The notes beneath the pieces are model-generated. The model made no database searches. It was not told the DNA's origin and saw nothing but the letters and a program-made list of their open reading frames with translations. A stretch of DNA of 63,994 bases, filler included, from Dirinaria sp. TL-2023a (taxonomy: Eukaryota), in the NCBI GenBank assembly GCA_051941275.1. It is 6 parts of 6 records of this genome, joined end to end, with 100 filler letters (N's around TTAATTAATTAA, not from the genome) between each part and the next. Parts side by side here need not be neighbours in the genome. Positions count along the whole stretch, not along the records: positions 32,542 to 43,233 come from JAVEBF010000914.1; positions 43,334 to 54,013 come from JAVEBF010000915.1; 4 more parts are not named here. One strand, 5' to 3'. Shown here one piece after another: positions 35,241 to 48,483 of the stretch. The position numbers were made by a program, and so were the translations under genes. The stretch's first letter is position 1. Each line of letters starts with the position of its first letter.

Positions 35241-36084
35241 ATCTTACTAGCATGAGGGTGGATCAGATGCTCCAAAATCGCACTGCGTCCTCCCTTTGAG
35301 ACGGTGACTCTGCTCAATGATCTATACATACGCATTTTGAATTGCGCGTTCATATTTGAGAAATGCATCCAACTCAGTGTTGGCGCTACTAGTTTCTTTT
35401 CAAGGTCGCAAATTGAAAATTCTATCTTCAGCGTTGGCTATTCCCTCCGCTCATACAACCGTTATGTGGAGTAGGTGAGTGCGTGATACAGACACTTGAA
35501 ACGCTACTAGAAATTATTCAAGGAGGTCTCATGATTAGGAACGAGAGATTTTTTTGTTTTTTGAAATGGCTGTCAAAGTTTGATGACTTCATTAATCAGG
35601 CGGAAATGGTCAGATGTCGCCGGCTGCATGGCACTGGAAGGAACCGTTAATCGACGAAGGTGCTACATTATGTATGTTACATGATGTCGGACTTCTCGTC
35701 TTGGCTTATGCACATAAGCAAAATTTCTCGTAGAGTTGGCCATGTTATAGAGGGTTTTCATCAGGTGTGATGTCAATATCATACTCCATTTACGCTCGAA
35801 ATATTTTACTCAGCTCAGCAACCTACGAAAACGTGTCTATGCTCAGTAAAATCTAGAATCAATGGCAGGTGTATGCGTGATATCAACATGCGCGACAAGG
35901 CGAGGAAAGTTTGGATCCACACCGTGGTTCTGCATTTTCTTTTTGCGGCCGATTCTCACTTGTCTGGTAACTAGAGCCCCTCTCTTGAAGCCACGAAACC
36001 TTGGAAATTCGCGCAAGCGGCCTGTAATTCCATGAGAAGTTTTGACAACGGAGCTCTATTGCAACTCGAGTCCCCAAGTGGACG

Positions 36085-38969
36085 CTAATCTTTCCATACA
36101 TGGTTATCTTCTTCTAGCATCGACCAGTCATAGTGGCTATAGGAGCTGGAGCTCGGAAGCAACGAGGCACTGTTGCTTTCTGTTTCGCTTGTAAGATCGC
36201 ATATTGGAGAAATGGGTCTCCCTGCGTCGTTGAGACCTTCAAACGCTGAGAAATAAGGTCCATCTTCCGCTGACATCGACCAGTCATAACGGCTATAGGA
36301 GTCATAATCTGGAAGCCGCGATGCAATATCGCACTTCACTTGGTCTCTCTCGTCACACGTCGCGGAATCTGGTCTCGGCGTATCGTTAAGTACGTCCACG
36401 GCTAAGGAACCAGATCGAGCTTGAAGTGAACCTCCGCTTTCATTCTCATCATGAATACAATCCTTAGTATCAGACAGTTCCTTCAGTCGCATACTGCTCG
36501 AAATGACTTCTTCCGCGTTGTAGCCACATGCGCTTAATGCATCTGCCCAGATTTCTCTCAGTTGTAGGTGAAAGTTCCGGCGATTCCCTACGAGATAAAA
36601 ACGTTTAGTAGCATCACATGGGAAACCCCACCACTCTGTGTGTACGTTGCATGCAAGATCTGAAATTGAGTATCCAGCACTATTCCTGGCATAGACGTCG
36701 GCGCCAGACTCTATCAGGAGAACCAGAACCTTGGCCAGCCCCTCTGAGCTCTCCCATCTGCTGCCGCCAAGTGCGAGATGGAGGCAGTCGTCGAGATCCT
36801 GAGGATACATATGTAGGATAAGAGCAACACTCTCTGTAGTCCACTCTTTGAAATCCAAGTGATAATCAAGGAAGCGACTGGGCTCAATGTCGCGATCATT
36901 TATAACAAATTCACGGCCGTGATTGAATAGCAGATGTAACGAATCCTTTGTCCGTGTTAGCAATACCATCCCCTAATTAAGAACAATGTATATACCGGCA
37001 ATCCTATACTCAGCATCTCGTGAAGGAAGGATGATGACGCATGAGTATTTGGCCTTATTGTAGGATCTGCGCCGGCTTCAAGGAGCAGACGTCTACATTG
37101 ATTGACCCTCGCTACATTTTCTTGATGCACTTTGTGTTCATACTCGTAGGTTATTCCTAGTGAATGCCTTTTGAGCGCGTTAGTAGGGGCCACGTATAGT
37201 TTTGCGTCCACCTTGTTGGATTTACATAGTAGCACTTCCCCGGCTCCAGAAGGGTTCGAACCCGTTGTGATCAGGCTCCACAAAGTCTACATCTGCACCT
37301 TCATTGATCAAAAATTTGCATATATTTGGGTTGGCATAATTTAAAGCGTACTGCTTTCATTAGATCATACGAAGTCGAGCAAGAAATAAACTGCACCATA
37401 CTCACATTGAGCAAACACCGGCCTTTAACATCACGATCACTAAGGTAAGCTTTCCTCAAATTAAGTGCCTTCATGAGGCCGTGTAGGTCACCTCTTTTTA
37501 TCAACCAGAAGACATTAGAATCTTCAGGCAATAAAGCCGAGACAGACAATGTCGGTCTTCTAAGGAAAGAACCCTGGTATGACAATCGTTGTTGGAACGT
37601 GACGACGATCTGGGCAGTCTGAGAAGAATTCGGTACGAAGGTGATAGATGCTTCCAGTGTTTCCGATTCCTTACTTTGCGAGTCTTCCATAGAGTGATTC
37701 CACTTATGAATCTTGCGACGGGTGCAAACTATGAAGTTTCCATCCCGAAGAGAACGACGATGAGTGGTAGCCTTCAGTTCCGGGCTGCCATTCATGCCGT
37801 TCCACGGCTGAGTTACTACAACAACCTCGTTAAAGGAGAAGCTCAAGGTCATTTAGCACTTTAGAAATACCTTTTTCATTAACCACCAGGCAGTGCGAAG
37901 CGGTCAGATGGCCTCTCATTCGTTTGACTTCGTGCTGATATTGCAGATGCCGGTCGTCATTGGAATCATCATCATAGAACACTCTCCCTCGCTTGCTTCC
38001 AGCTTTGGTGCTCTCTTCGGCCTTTAAGGAGATAGCCAACAATTGCTCGATATCACATATGATGGACTCTGCTTCATTAGAGAACATCGTCTTTTCCTTC
38101 TCTTGCGCGAGAAGTGACAGTCGATTGAGACTATCCCGGAGGCCATGTTCTTCTGAGACTTCATGCGCTTTCTTTTCAATTTCCGCATCATCAATAGTTT
38201 CCGTGGCCGCAGATGCATGATGTTGAGCATTTCGAGGAAGCAGCTGTTTCAGTACCTCGAGAATCGCGTCTAACTTTGTTGATTGCCCTGTCGACATGCC
38301 AGTGAGGGCTCGTACTTTATCCTCTATTCCCTCAAGGGTCTGGCCGGCGCTTTGACATGACTCTTGTGTTGTCTGTCCAAAATCTGTAACAATATCGTGC
38401 ACCTTATCTACACATTCCCGCGTCTTTTCTAGTGTGTTTGAATTCGTTGCGCTCAACGCATGCTGCTTGTCAAATAAGACTTCGACCCGCTCACTGTGCA
38501 ATGACAATCTTCTTCTGAGTACAATATCAGACATCGGGTCCCATCACAGTACTTCGAGAGCGCATACGTACTCTTCTATGATTTGCATTTGTAATGATAA
38601 TATCGTAACATGTTGCTGCAAAAGAGCTGACATCCTATCCAGGTTCTTTTCTTGCAACAGTGCTTTGACATTCTTCCATAATCTCTCTGCGCCGTTGTCC
38701 GTGGGCGAGGATAATTTGGTTAGCTTCCCTTGGAACTCATTCAGGTTCTCAGCACACTTCTTGACTATTTCCGCTAGATCAGCTGCGAGATGTAGACTGT
38801 CCCCACGACTCAGGAGCTGCTGTAGAAGAATTGAGAGGTCGCGCAGATTGGAGACCATCTGCTGGATGGCTCGGGGTGCATTCTTCAAGCCGGACACAGT
38901 GTTGTATATTGCTTGACTAGAGGACAACGCAAGGCTGATCACGGCGATGACACTGGCAGCACCGTCCAT
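36085..38969 (-). CDS. Fungal HeLo-like/SesA-type N-terminal domain + helical linker + ankyrin-repeat protein, 6 exons
   Basis: The start MDGAASVIAVISLALSSSQAIYNTVSGLKNAPRAIQQMVSNL fits the fungal STAND N-terminal pattern. Ankyrin-like segments: DRDVKGRCLLN|YAL..ICKFLINEGADVD, CRRLLLEAGADPT, LVLLIESGADVYARN. Five GT-AG introns join all pieces in frame (first intron 38515-38571). Confidence 0.8.
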
Positions 38970-39342
38970 GGCGGTAATGGCTTGAAAATTTCTCAAGACG
39001 CCTGAATCTATCCTGACGACGAGATGGATTGCCAACAGGCTGGAGAGACGGTCTTACTCTCAATTCAGCCATCTGAAGGTCGCGGGGTGAGAGGACTTGA
39101 GGGGGAGCACAGCCTCGCAGCTTTGGGCCCTCGCGCGTTGTGTAAGCCAAATTGATTGGCGTCCTGTCTGTAATGGGACTCAAGCAGACTGAAGGGGATC
39201 AATTTCTCTTGAAATGTGGCGGTGCCTAGAGTTGACGAACATAGGTACACAGGCATGCTGCAGTAACTTGGGACATCTTCGGGAATTTTATTTGACAGAG
39301 CATTGATCCAGCTTCCAACCCCATCTGGTCCACAACATCACA

Positions 39343-39684
39343 ATGTCACCGTTGGAAGCGTCGGCAACCTTCGACACATCCTCCGTCGCTCCCTCTGAAG
39401 CCCCATTCATTAATGACCTTTCGAGATCATCCACCGCCTCCACAGTCACTGTATCTATTCCTCTTTCTTCCCTCCTTTCTCCTGAAGAAATCGCCCGCCT
39501 CGACACCTTCATAGGCAAATGCGGCGAGAAGTTCTGGATCACAAAGCTCGTCGGCCGCAAAAAGCAGAAGAAGTCTGCTGCGAGCGCAGCCGGCGATCGG
39601 GAGGCAAAGGAAAACGTCGGGGGTGTCCAGATGAGCCAAGCAGAGTATGAAGCATTTCGGGCCAGGGATCAAGACGGCGAATAA
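39343..39684 (+). CDS. Small hypothetical protein (113 aa), possibly prematurely terminated
   Basis: ATG in ACAATG context, S/T-rich N-terminus, basic patch, ending QMSQAEYEAFRARDQDGE. The frame stays open for 18 more codons after the TAA. Confidence 0.55.
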   Translation: MSPLEASATFDTSSVAPSEAPFINDLSRSSTASTVTVSIPLSSLLSPEEIARLDTFIGKCGEKFWITKLVGRKKQKKSAASAAGDREAKENVGGVQMSQAEYEAFRARDQDGE

Positions 39685-42130
39685 TACATCGGTAGCGTCT
39701 CGCAGAGACGGGCAAGGGATCTCTTGAGGGAAAGGCTTTGAGCAGAGCTAGGATTATTCGAAAAAAGTGCGAGGACGGGAAGAGTGTGAGAGATCTGTAC
39801 AGTGTGACCCATGATGGTGATCTCCGCTTGGAGTAAGTAGTAGGTACGGAGTAAGGTATGGGGATTGACACGCCCTCACTACAGTAGTGGGCTCAGGGTC
39901 TCTTCCCTAGTTTGGCCAACTGGAGGTAGCCCGCAGCCCGCACTGGCATCCAAGGTTTTAAAGTACGGGGATCGACGCCAGAAGCCCAGGCTAGCATGGT
40001 CATGGGGTCAACCGAAAGTCGCCCCGGGGGACCACCCAGTATTATCACCAGCTTGCTACCTGGGGTGCAGCTGTGATCTCCAAAGCTTGCCTGTAGTCAC
40101 CAACGAAATTGCTACCCATAGGCGCGTGTGCTCCCTAAAGCGCGCCTGTAGATGGCCTAGAATATCTAGGTTTGGCATGGTTCCCCTTCCGAACGGCGGA
40201 ATTCTACTTATAGAGTTGAGATGGACACTTCAGAGGTATGTAGGTAGGTATGCAAATGTTGATTCTCGCTTGACGTCCGTTCCGTCTAATTCCAAGATCT
40301 ACGGAGCCTCACTTGCACATTTACGTATTGCTCTCATATTCTCCAATTGGGCTAGGTATCTAATTGTCTCGAGTCTGGGAAGAGGGGTACATTGTATTGA
40401 GCTAGAAAGATGTTCCACGCCCACGCTACGAGGCATGATCTATGGGACGTCACATGCTGATTGAGGCTGCTCTATGCAAGGAATCAAGATTTAACAGAAT
40501 GGGATGAATAGAAGTTGACTTCCATGCAAGGTATGTACGGACAAGGCTCTTCTTATTTTCTTGATACATGTATCTAGTCCCTTTACGAACCCCTCGCTGC
40601 TCATTGAAGACACTAGCCTAGCTCGCCCCTTTCATAGGCCAAAAGGCTAGTTTGTTCGAGCACTCTTGAAAGAATTCTATCAAATTGAAGCTATGTTGCT
40701 CTCCTAACCTACCTACCCCTCCTTCACCTCTAACTCGCCGACGCATCACCGACCTGTGCTCCACCACCGTCACCGTCCCACACCCACTACGGCTCAGTAC
40801 CGAGTACCGCGTCCACGCTGCCTGTATCGGAAGTCGAGCTAGCTCGACTCAGACAGACGCTAGTTGTGGCAGAGCTCAGATTGGTATGCCAATTCCGAAT
40901 TGGTTAAGCCGGAAACGGTGATAAATGCTCCGTACGTCGTCAATAATCACGATGTACTGTAGAGGTTGAACGTTTGAATCGGGGCTTGCAGCAAGTGGCA
41001 AACACGACACTGGCCTGCACTCAACGTTCCTCGGAGACTAAGGCACTGTAGTTGTCCCGCTTTACTTCGAGAATTGAGGCTCGGCATGATCACATAACGC
41101 GTCGAAGCGCTCCTGTGATTGGTGTAGGTCCGCCGGCCCCTTTTCCAACACTGAGAAGTACAGTAGAGCGTTCCTAGCGTTTCATACGAAACAGACAACT
41201 GATGAGTACCTTATTGAAAACACTCTATTATTTTCTTTTTTTTCCTCTCTCTCTCTCAAGTCGTGTCGAGCACACCCTCCATGTTTCCACTGGTGTAACA
41301 AAGTCCCTTGTCCCTGATCAAGCCACACACCCTTTCATCTAATGCTTGACTTGGTCATGGGTCAGAACACAAATTATGTATTACCAGGAAACCTCGAAAT
41401 GGGTACTGATGCGCGACCGAAAAGGATAGGATTTGCATATCCAATTGTTTGGGTTTCGGCTTCTTTGGCACAGGAGCCTACGACCCCTTTCATTGCAATA
41501 ATAATCATTCTTCGCTGCAAGATGGAGAGGTACCTACCTTAGTCCCACGTTATGTCATGTGGAAGCAGGTATATTATCTTGACGATTACCCGCCATGCTC
41601 GTGTAAGTGGACACTACTAACTACTTACTGTACTGTATGTACATGAGATCTCTGTTTCGTCCAATGCAACCTTTAAGGAGCCGAATCCTGGTCATGGTGG
41701 TGCAGCAGAACCAGACCTGGAGATGGGGGCATCATGCGGGCATCATGCAGGCTCATGCAACCTGCCGGTCGCCTCTCCCGTCATTCGCTCATCCATCACC
41801 TCGGATAGCTTGCGAGCTTGCCTGTAGCAGTGTAGCCACTTGCCGGTAGCCACTAAACCTGCAAAATCGCGAGATCTGACTTTCTCCAATCATGGGTCCA
41901 GCGATCTCTCACCCGCTTCAACCGTTACGTTGCAGCGCTTGAGGCAAAGCATCCATGTTCGCTGCACGTTCCTCTTCTGCACCACATTGGCCCTTCAACA
42001 CACAGACAGCCAAGTGCACTTTCCAAACGTCAGAGCAGAGAGAAAAGAGTAAGTAACTAAATATGCATAAATGGATCTTCACCCGTTTTCCTCTTAGTCG
42101 ATTTTTTTCATCTGCTCCTTGCGTGCGGCG

Positions 42131-43233
42131 ATGGAGGGTGCTATGGAGGCCCCGCGGGGAGTGAAGCCTGATTTCGATCATCCATATTCTCTCGAGAGAT
42201 ATGTGCTCGTTACCCAGATCATCTGTTTCGCTGTGGTCCCCTTCTTTGTTCTGTCACGACTGTACGCCAGCTTCTTCATCATTCATCGTGTTGGGATAGA
42301 AGAATGTGAGTGAGGATATCTCCGCATCTTACGGGTCCATATTTACGATTTTGCTCCACAGATACCTGCTTAGCTTCATGGGTAAGATACTCACGACTCA
42401 TGTAACTGCTTCTCTCCTACTAAGCTCATATGATACAACAGCTCGTTGCAATCGCGTACTCAATAATACTCCTCGAGCGTACGAATACCCATCAACTCTT
42501 ATCAACAATCCATCAACTCACCAAAGCCCCTAGTCTGTCAACATGGCGGAGGCGTACACCAATGGAACGTGCCCATGTCCGAAATGGTCCCATTCTCCAA
42601 GGTACAGCAAACCTTCCCAAACCTCCCTAGTCAATCGACAGCATCCTGAAATGCGCACTGTGTCCCAGCTCGCCATAACGGGCGAAATAACCTATGCGCC
42701 TCTCGTTTTCCTCGTGAAAACCACCATTCTGCTCCTCTACCTGCGGATCTTCGGTGTGGACCGGCACATCAAATACGCGATCCACAGTCTCCTCCTCGTG
42801 CTGGGATGCTACTACATCGCCACCTTGTGCGCCAAAGCCGCGGTCTGCGTTCCGCTGCGCAAGCTCTGGTACCCGGAGACGAAGGGGCATTGCATCAATA
42901 ACACGGCGGCGCTGTTGACCGACTGCGCCGTGAGCATCATCTCCGACCTGGTCATCCTGATTCTGCCCATGTCGCGCGTCTGGGCACTGCAGTTGCCTGT
43001 GAAGCGGAAGATCGCGCTCTCGGCGGTTTTCGCCACGGGGTCGTTGTACGTATTTACCCTTTTCGCCTCGCAGAGAGAAAGCGCGATCCGATCTAACGTA
43101 TGATCGCAAAATCGCAGCGCATGCCTCTCCTCCATAATGCGCCTCTACTTCAGCGTAATTGGCGTCGGGAATCCAGACACGACATTCAATCTCGTGCAGG
43201 TTATGCTTTGGAGGTGAGTAAACACACATATCC
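42131..43233 (+). CDS. Pth11-like (fungal rhodopsin-domain) integral membrane receptor without CFEM; 3'-truncated by the contig end
   Basis: Spliced motifs APRGVKPDFDHP, FVLSRLYASFF, HGGGVHQWNV, LVKTTILLLYLRIF, CVPLRKLW..GHC, SDLVILILPM..WALQLPVKRKIAL and ACLSSIMRL. At least five short introns, with a donor GTGAGT just before the gap. Confidence 0.88.
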
Positions 43234-43333
43234 NNNNNNNNNNNNNNNNNNNNNNNNNNNNNNNNNNNNNNNNNNNNTTAATTAATTAANNNNNNNNNNN
43301 NNNNNNNNNNNNNNNNNNNNNNNNNNNNNNNNN
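43234..43333. other. Artificial contig spacer N44-TTAATTAATTAA-N44
   Basis: Identical 100-nt spacer. Confidence 0.98.
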
Positions 43334-45970
43334 TTCACAGCAAAGAGAAAAAAAAAACCCTCTCTTCCTTCTTTCTGCCACTTGCAGTTGCCTACTGTCT
43401 ATCTGCCGAATCTTGATTGGCACCTCTTCCCATCCCTTCCCCCCCCAGAACGTTCCAATTGACCAGCATCGCGCGCGCAAGAACAAATAACTAATAACCG
43501 GCCTGCAGCAGCACAATCATGTATGGAAGCAGAACAACGACTACCTACACTACATACAGCACAGTACTGTACTCCTGTACAGTACTCCGGGACAGTACCC
43601 ACTCTCATCCAGCCTTGACCCAGCGCATCGTCGTCAAGTACACCCCCTACTCCCTACTGTAACCCCCAGAGACCCATAAGATAGGTAAGATACAGTAAGC
43701 ACCAATTGGGTTTCCTGTCGCTGATGACCTACCTTACCTTACCTTACCTGATTGCGGCTTGCTGTTCAAATATTCCACTAGGGATCATAATGTATCATCT
43801 GCACACTACTACTGGGAACCTTTGGCCGGCGCCGGTCAGAACAGCTCGAGTAGGGAAAAATGCACATCAACGATACCACCGGTTCAACACTAAAAAAGAA
43901 CCACAACCTTAAGCAGCCGTTTGCACAATCTGCATGGATCACCCTGTCCTCATGGATTCCCTGAACATCGCACGCGCACATCGGGCTAGTCCCAAAGGTT
44001 TGAAAGATCGGCTCAGGGTCCTCGCCCAAGTACCGCGGCTTGGTGGCAAGCTTTCCACCTTTCCAGCCTGAAGGCTCTCTGGAGTTAGAGCATGTACTCG
44101 ACTCTAGCCCCGACCACGCGGCTCAGGAAGTAGTCAGCGTCAAAACAGCAAAAAACCGGCAAAAGCAGCGGCAGAAACAAGCTGCGGCCATGCTGCACGC
44201 GGGCAGAGGAAAATGCCGCAAGTCATCTGACGTTGCTTCATGCCTGCCCCAAATGCCCCATCCGTGTTTGGCGAACCAGACGGGAAACAGAAACGGGCAT
44301 GGGAGAATTTTCTCAGAGGCATAAAATCTCCGACGATGGAGCGCGCGCCCATCATCATTCGTCCCTATTGATCCTCCTGCAGCCTGCAAGCCCGAAAGTG
44401 GCGAACGATAGCGTTCCGGAACGGTCGCACTGTCTAACTCAATCGGCGGCATGATACCACTCACGGCCTAGATCCGGAAGCACGTGCATGATAGATCTGG
44501 TACAGGTTGGATGAAAAGGTACATTTTTCACTTGGTGGTGGGCACGCAGCTTTCGGCGGCTGTGAGTGTGGATGCCCGTGGTACGCTATATACATATCGT
44601 CAAGATAAGGCGTCCATGTCATTGCCAAGTACATGTATGTACAGTACATAGGCCGTATTCGTGTCGACAGCGATCTATCGGGGCCTGCTCGAGCATCTGA
44701 GTACTGTACAGGAGTCTACACCCCCAAGCAGCAAATAATGTACAGTACCCAGCTCACGCAGTTTCCATAACCCGGTCAGTTTTTGCGTGATCCTCGACAC
44801 ATACACAGCAGCCGAGCCAGCTACTGTAAGAGTCGTCACATACAAACCGTAAGTATGCAGGTTGAACGTCGGTACCTTTCACCTTACCACTACGGTCAAC
44901 AGTTCGAGACTCCGGCCGCCTTGGACGTCTCGCCGCTTCAAAAGGCTCGGCGTGGAGCTAACCTGAAACGAGCCGGTCGATGAAAATCTGGGGTCAAGTG
45001 GCTTCCCAATCTCGAGCCGACTCATGTCTTGCATGAGTGCCGGGCGCCGTCGACTCGAAAACCATCTTTCGCTTACGGCTTCCACCCCCCCCCCTACCTT
45101 AGGACCTTTTAACTCTACCGACTTCAGATCTCCCTCTAATCTCAAGCCAGGAGCTCACATCAGCCAATAACAGCTTCATAATGATCGATAGTTCGCTAAA
45201 GGTGTTCTTGTCAACATCCAGCCCGGTTTCCAGCCATCACTGAAGCAGCACTTCAATTCAGGCTCAGGATCCCTTGTTGGATATGCAGTATCCGTACACG
45301 CGGAGTCTTATGGCTATGATCATGCTTTGAGGTTGACAGCCATTACCGCCTGGAAATTTGCACCTCCGTTTCAACGGCATTCACAATACCGACGGAAGAC
45401 CGTCGACGACGCAGCTTTATTCCAAGCGCAATTGCCTCAAGTCAAGCGTTGAGATTCCTTACCTTGCCTGAGCTTCTCATCCTGGACACCGATAGCTTTG
45501 GCGATGCGCTTTTACGTCAACGAAGGTCAGGAGTACGTGACCATCCTAGCTCCCATCGTCGCGAACCGAATGCCAATTATTAGCGTGCTCCCATGCTAGC
45601 AGGCTCGCTTAAGAAGCTGTAGAAAATTTCACCCGTGACGCGTATGCTATTGACAATGCCTTGTGTATCCACAGCTGCTCCATGGATTCAATTAACGGAG
45701 GCAGTCTTTCGATGCATGTAAGATAGATATATTCATAACGGAGGCGACCGAACTTTACGTAATGGTCAAGACAAGTCGAGTGATAGAACAACCTAAATGC
45801 ATGGTTTGGAGAGGGTGGCAATGTTGTCGCTCACTGTGGATCGCTTCGGCTAGTAACGGCTTGAATCAAACCAACATTCTATCAAAGTGCGACGGAGTCT
45901 CTACGATCGTGGATAGACCATGATCATGTTGCCGCCGTGTGTTCAGATCGCCTTTACTCGGTTAATGGGC

Positions 45971-46014
45971 AATCATGGAAATCATGGAAATCATGGAAAT
46001 CATGGAAATCATGG
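45971..46014. repeat. Tandem repeat (AATCATGGA) x ~5
   Basis: Read directly: four full units plus eight bases of a fifth. Confidence 0.95.
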
Positions 46015-46182
46015 CTGTGCTGATCTTCAACTCGAGTATTTCGGTATAACGAACCATCAGAATACTTTAATTGGTCCTCTTGGAGCGTTTCCATTTGGGG
46101 ACTGTCGACTTTGCTGTGCTGTATGTAGCTGCACGTGCGAGGGGTCCAAGCAGAATCGTCAAACCCGGATCCGAAAACCCCC

Positions 46183-46218
46183 CCTGGGAAGCCTGGGAAG
46201 CCTGGGAAGCCTCAGAAG
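46183..46218. repeat. Tandem repeat (CCTGGGAAG) x3 plus one degenerate unit
   Basis: Read directly from the sequence. Confidence 0.9.
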
Positions 46219-48483
46219 CCCCGAGCGCCAGGTCGGCGTCTAGGCAAATTATCACCAATCATACGACCCATCGGAGCGGCTCTGGAAAGCAATTAGTGAT
46301 GGGCTACAAAATGTGCATCGTTACGCCTGCATGCACATTCAAGGCTCGAAACGGACCCTGGGATGTCCCATACAGTGGAAGTCAGCAGCACGTTCGATGC
46401 AAGATGTCGCAGGTCAGATGCGCTTTCAGCCGATTTGCTTGCCAGAGAATCAGAGATGCTGTGTGGGTCAGAGATCTCACAGAGCTCAGTGCGCTGGTAC
46501 GGTGCCCTAGACGTCAAACATGGGATCGGTGCGATGGTTGAGTGCTCTTGATCACCACAAGTACAAGTCCTAGGATCGGAGACATCTTAAAATACCGTAG
46601 TTGATGGTGTGGCGACTACTTCGATTCCATCTGCAACGGGCTGCGGCCACAGCTTCGACGCAACGCCTCATCCAACGCCAGCAACCCATGACCATCTACC
46701 GGCAGGAGTGCGATCAACGATGGTCTCATCAAAGTCAGAATACATGCTTCCCACCACCCAGCCTGTCCTGCAAGCTATCTAGGGACGTACATGTACTCCA
46801 AAGTCTGATCAGTCGGCGATGCATTGAGTTTGCTGCATGGTCTGGAGTGGGAGTGTGAATCGACCTGCACCGAGCCATTTAGTAGGCCGACAAGGCTCGA
46901 AGCATCGAAGGCAGCCCACTTGGCGCCATGCCAACATCCCACTTCGCGCCCTCCTTTCATGTACGCCGATAACGATAGCGACGGGAAGCTAAAGCACACA
47001 ATAGAATCCTCCCTCCCCAAAAGCGTTCTAGGCAGAGCAAGCGGAGCGCAAGCCAACGACCAGCCAGGCTATCTACATACCTGTAGTCCTGTAGAAGAGG
47101 TACTGTACAGCACTACAGTATTGACTATCATGCAAGCCCAGGTTCGTACCTGTAGCGTTTACTTTACCTTTTTACACTCCTGTCCACTAGCCTTTCCCAT
47201 CTTTGTCTTCCAGTAGCAACATCTCACAACGGTATCCATTATTTCCCTTAGAAGAAGAAACTCTTAACGACCGAGGGACCCAGAAGAGGATGCGGTGTCC
47301 CAGATTTGCATACACAACACACACCTAAGCAGTACCTTAAAGCGTTTTTCTCGGGACGGCAGCAGCTCCACGTCATTCTTGGCTGTCATTGGGCTGGAAT
47401 GACGTCGGCCCCGTTCACGGAGAGCAAACACGTCTTTTCGTACAAGCCAATCCTCCAGGCTCCCGTCCAGCGCGAGATCCCATAGGTACGGACTACATAC
47501 CTAAGGTAAGGTAATTTCAGGTAACCTTCGCCATCTGCACATCGGCTATCATGTCCGCTTGGAGGATTACAGCCGGCGCTAAACTTGGCCATCGCTTGTC
47601 CTTCCACGCCTCATCATCCCACCCGACGTGAGGTAATAAGCTCTTCCGTCTCATTTCTGTCAGAGCGCTGTATCAGGAGGCCGATTTTATGTCCCGTGAT
47701 CCCGTGATCCCGGGCTCGCAGATTCCTCAAGGAGAACCTTCTTGTTCCGGTCAAGGTGAGCTCATGTTCACCGTTGCTTGTGCCATCATCGCTTGGCTTC
47801 AAGATCTCAGAACATGTGATAGCTGGAAATTCCTCAGCTCACCACCGGGACATTGAACAGCTTGGATCACTTTACATGAAACCTGTGTCAAGCGGTGGTC
47901 GGTGGCAGATCCATGAATGGACCTGTGAAAGCACACAATAATCAAATCCTGCCTATCGACCTGCTTCTCCCATTGGGTAAAGATTTATCATGATCACATG
48001 CTTAGCCGTCGTCGGAACACTAAGGTATTGTCCCCATTCTTGCACTCTACCCGCCTGTATACTCTTCTTTCAATAACATCTACCTTGTATCTTGATCGAA
48101 AATCCCATGTTTCCATGATGCCTTTAAATTTCAGAGATCACTGTTGCGTCTGGTGGAACTTTTTGGCTTCACAAACCAAACAGCTTTAGAAAGGGGAAAG
48201 GCAATGTGCAACGCACTTTGACTCCAAACCTATTACCACTTCATTTTCTACCCTCAATTGTGCCGCAACCGAAGATAAATGCAAACCCTACCGGTTTATA
48301 TTGAGCTCAGTCAAGGAAGAAGAGGACAACGCACTTCAAGCCAAGAGCCACGAAGCTAAGATTACATGCGGGTTGTACCTGTCTTGAACGCGGACATAGA
48401 CAAATCAAGTCTTGCAATTGATTCTTGAAACCCAAATCTTATGTGACTGTCGACCACAACATGCTCTTGATGCTCAGCACCAT

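Noticed and set aside
39865..40464. 199-aa ORF
   Set aside because: It has a TTG start, intergenic-type AGGTA motifs inside it and no domain-like sequence.
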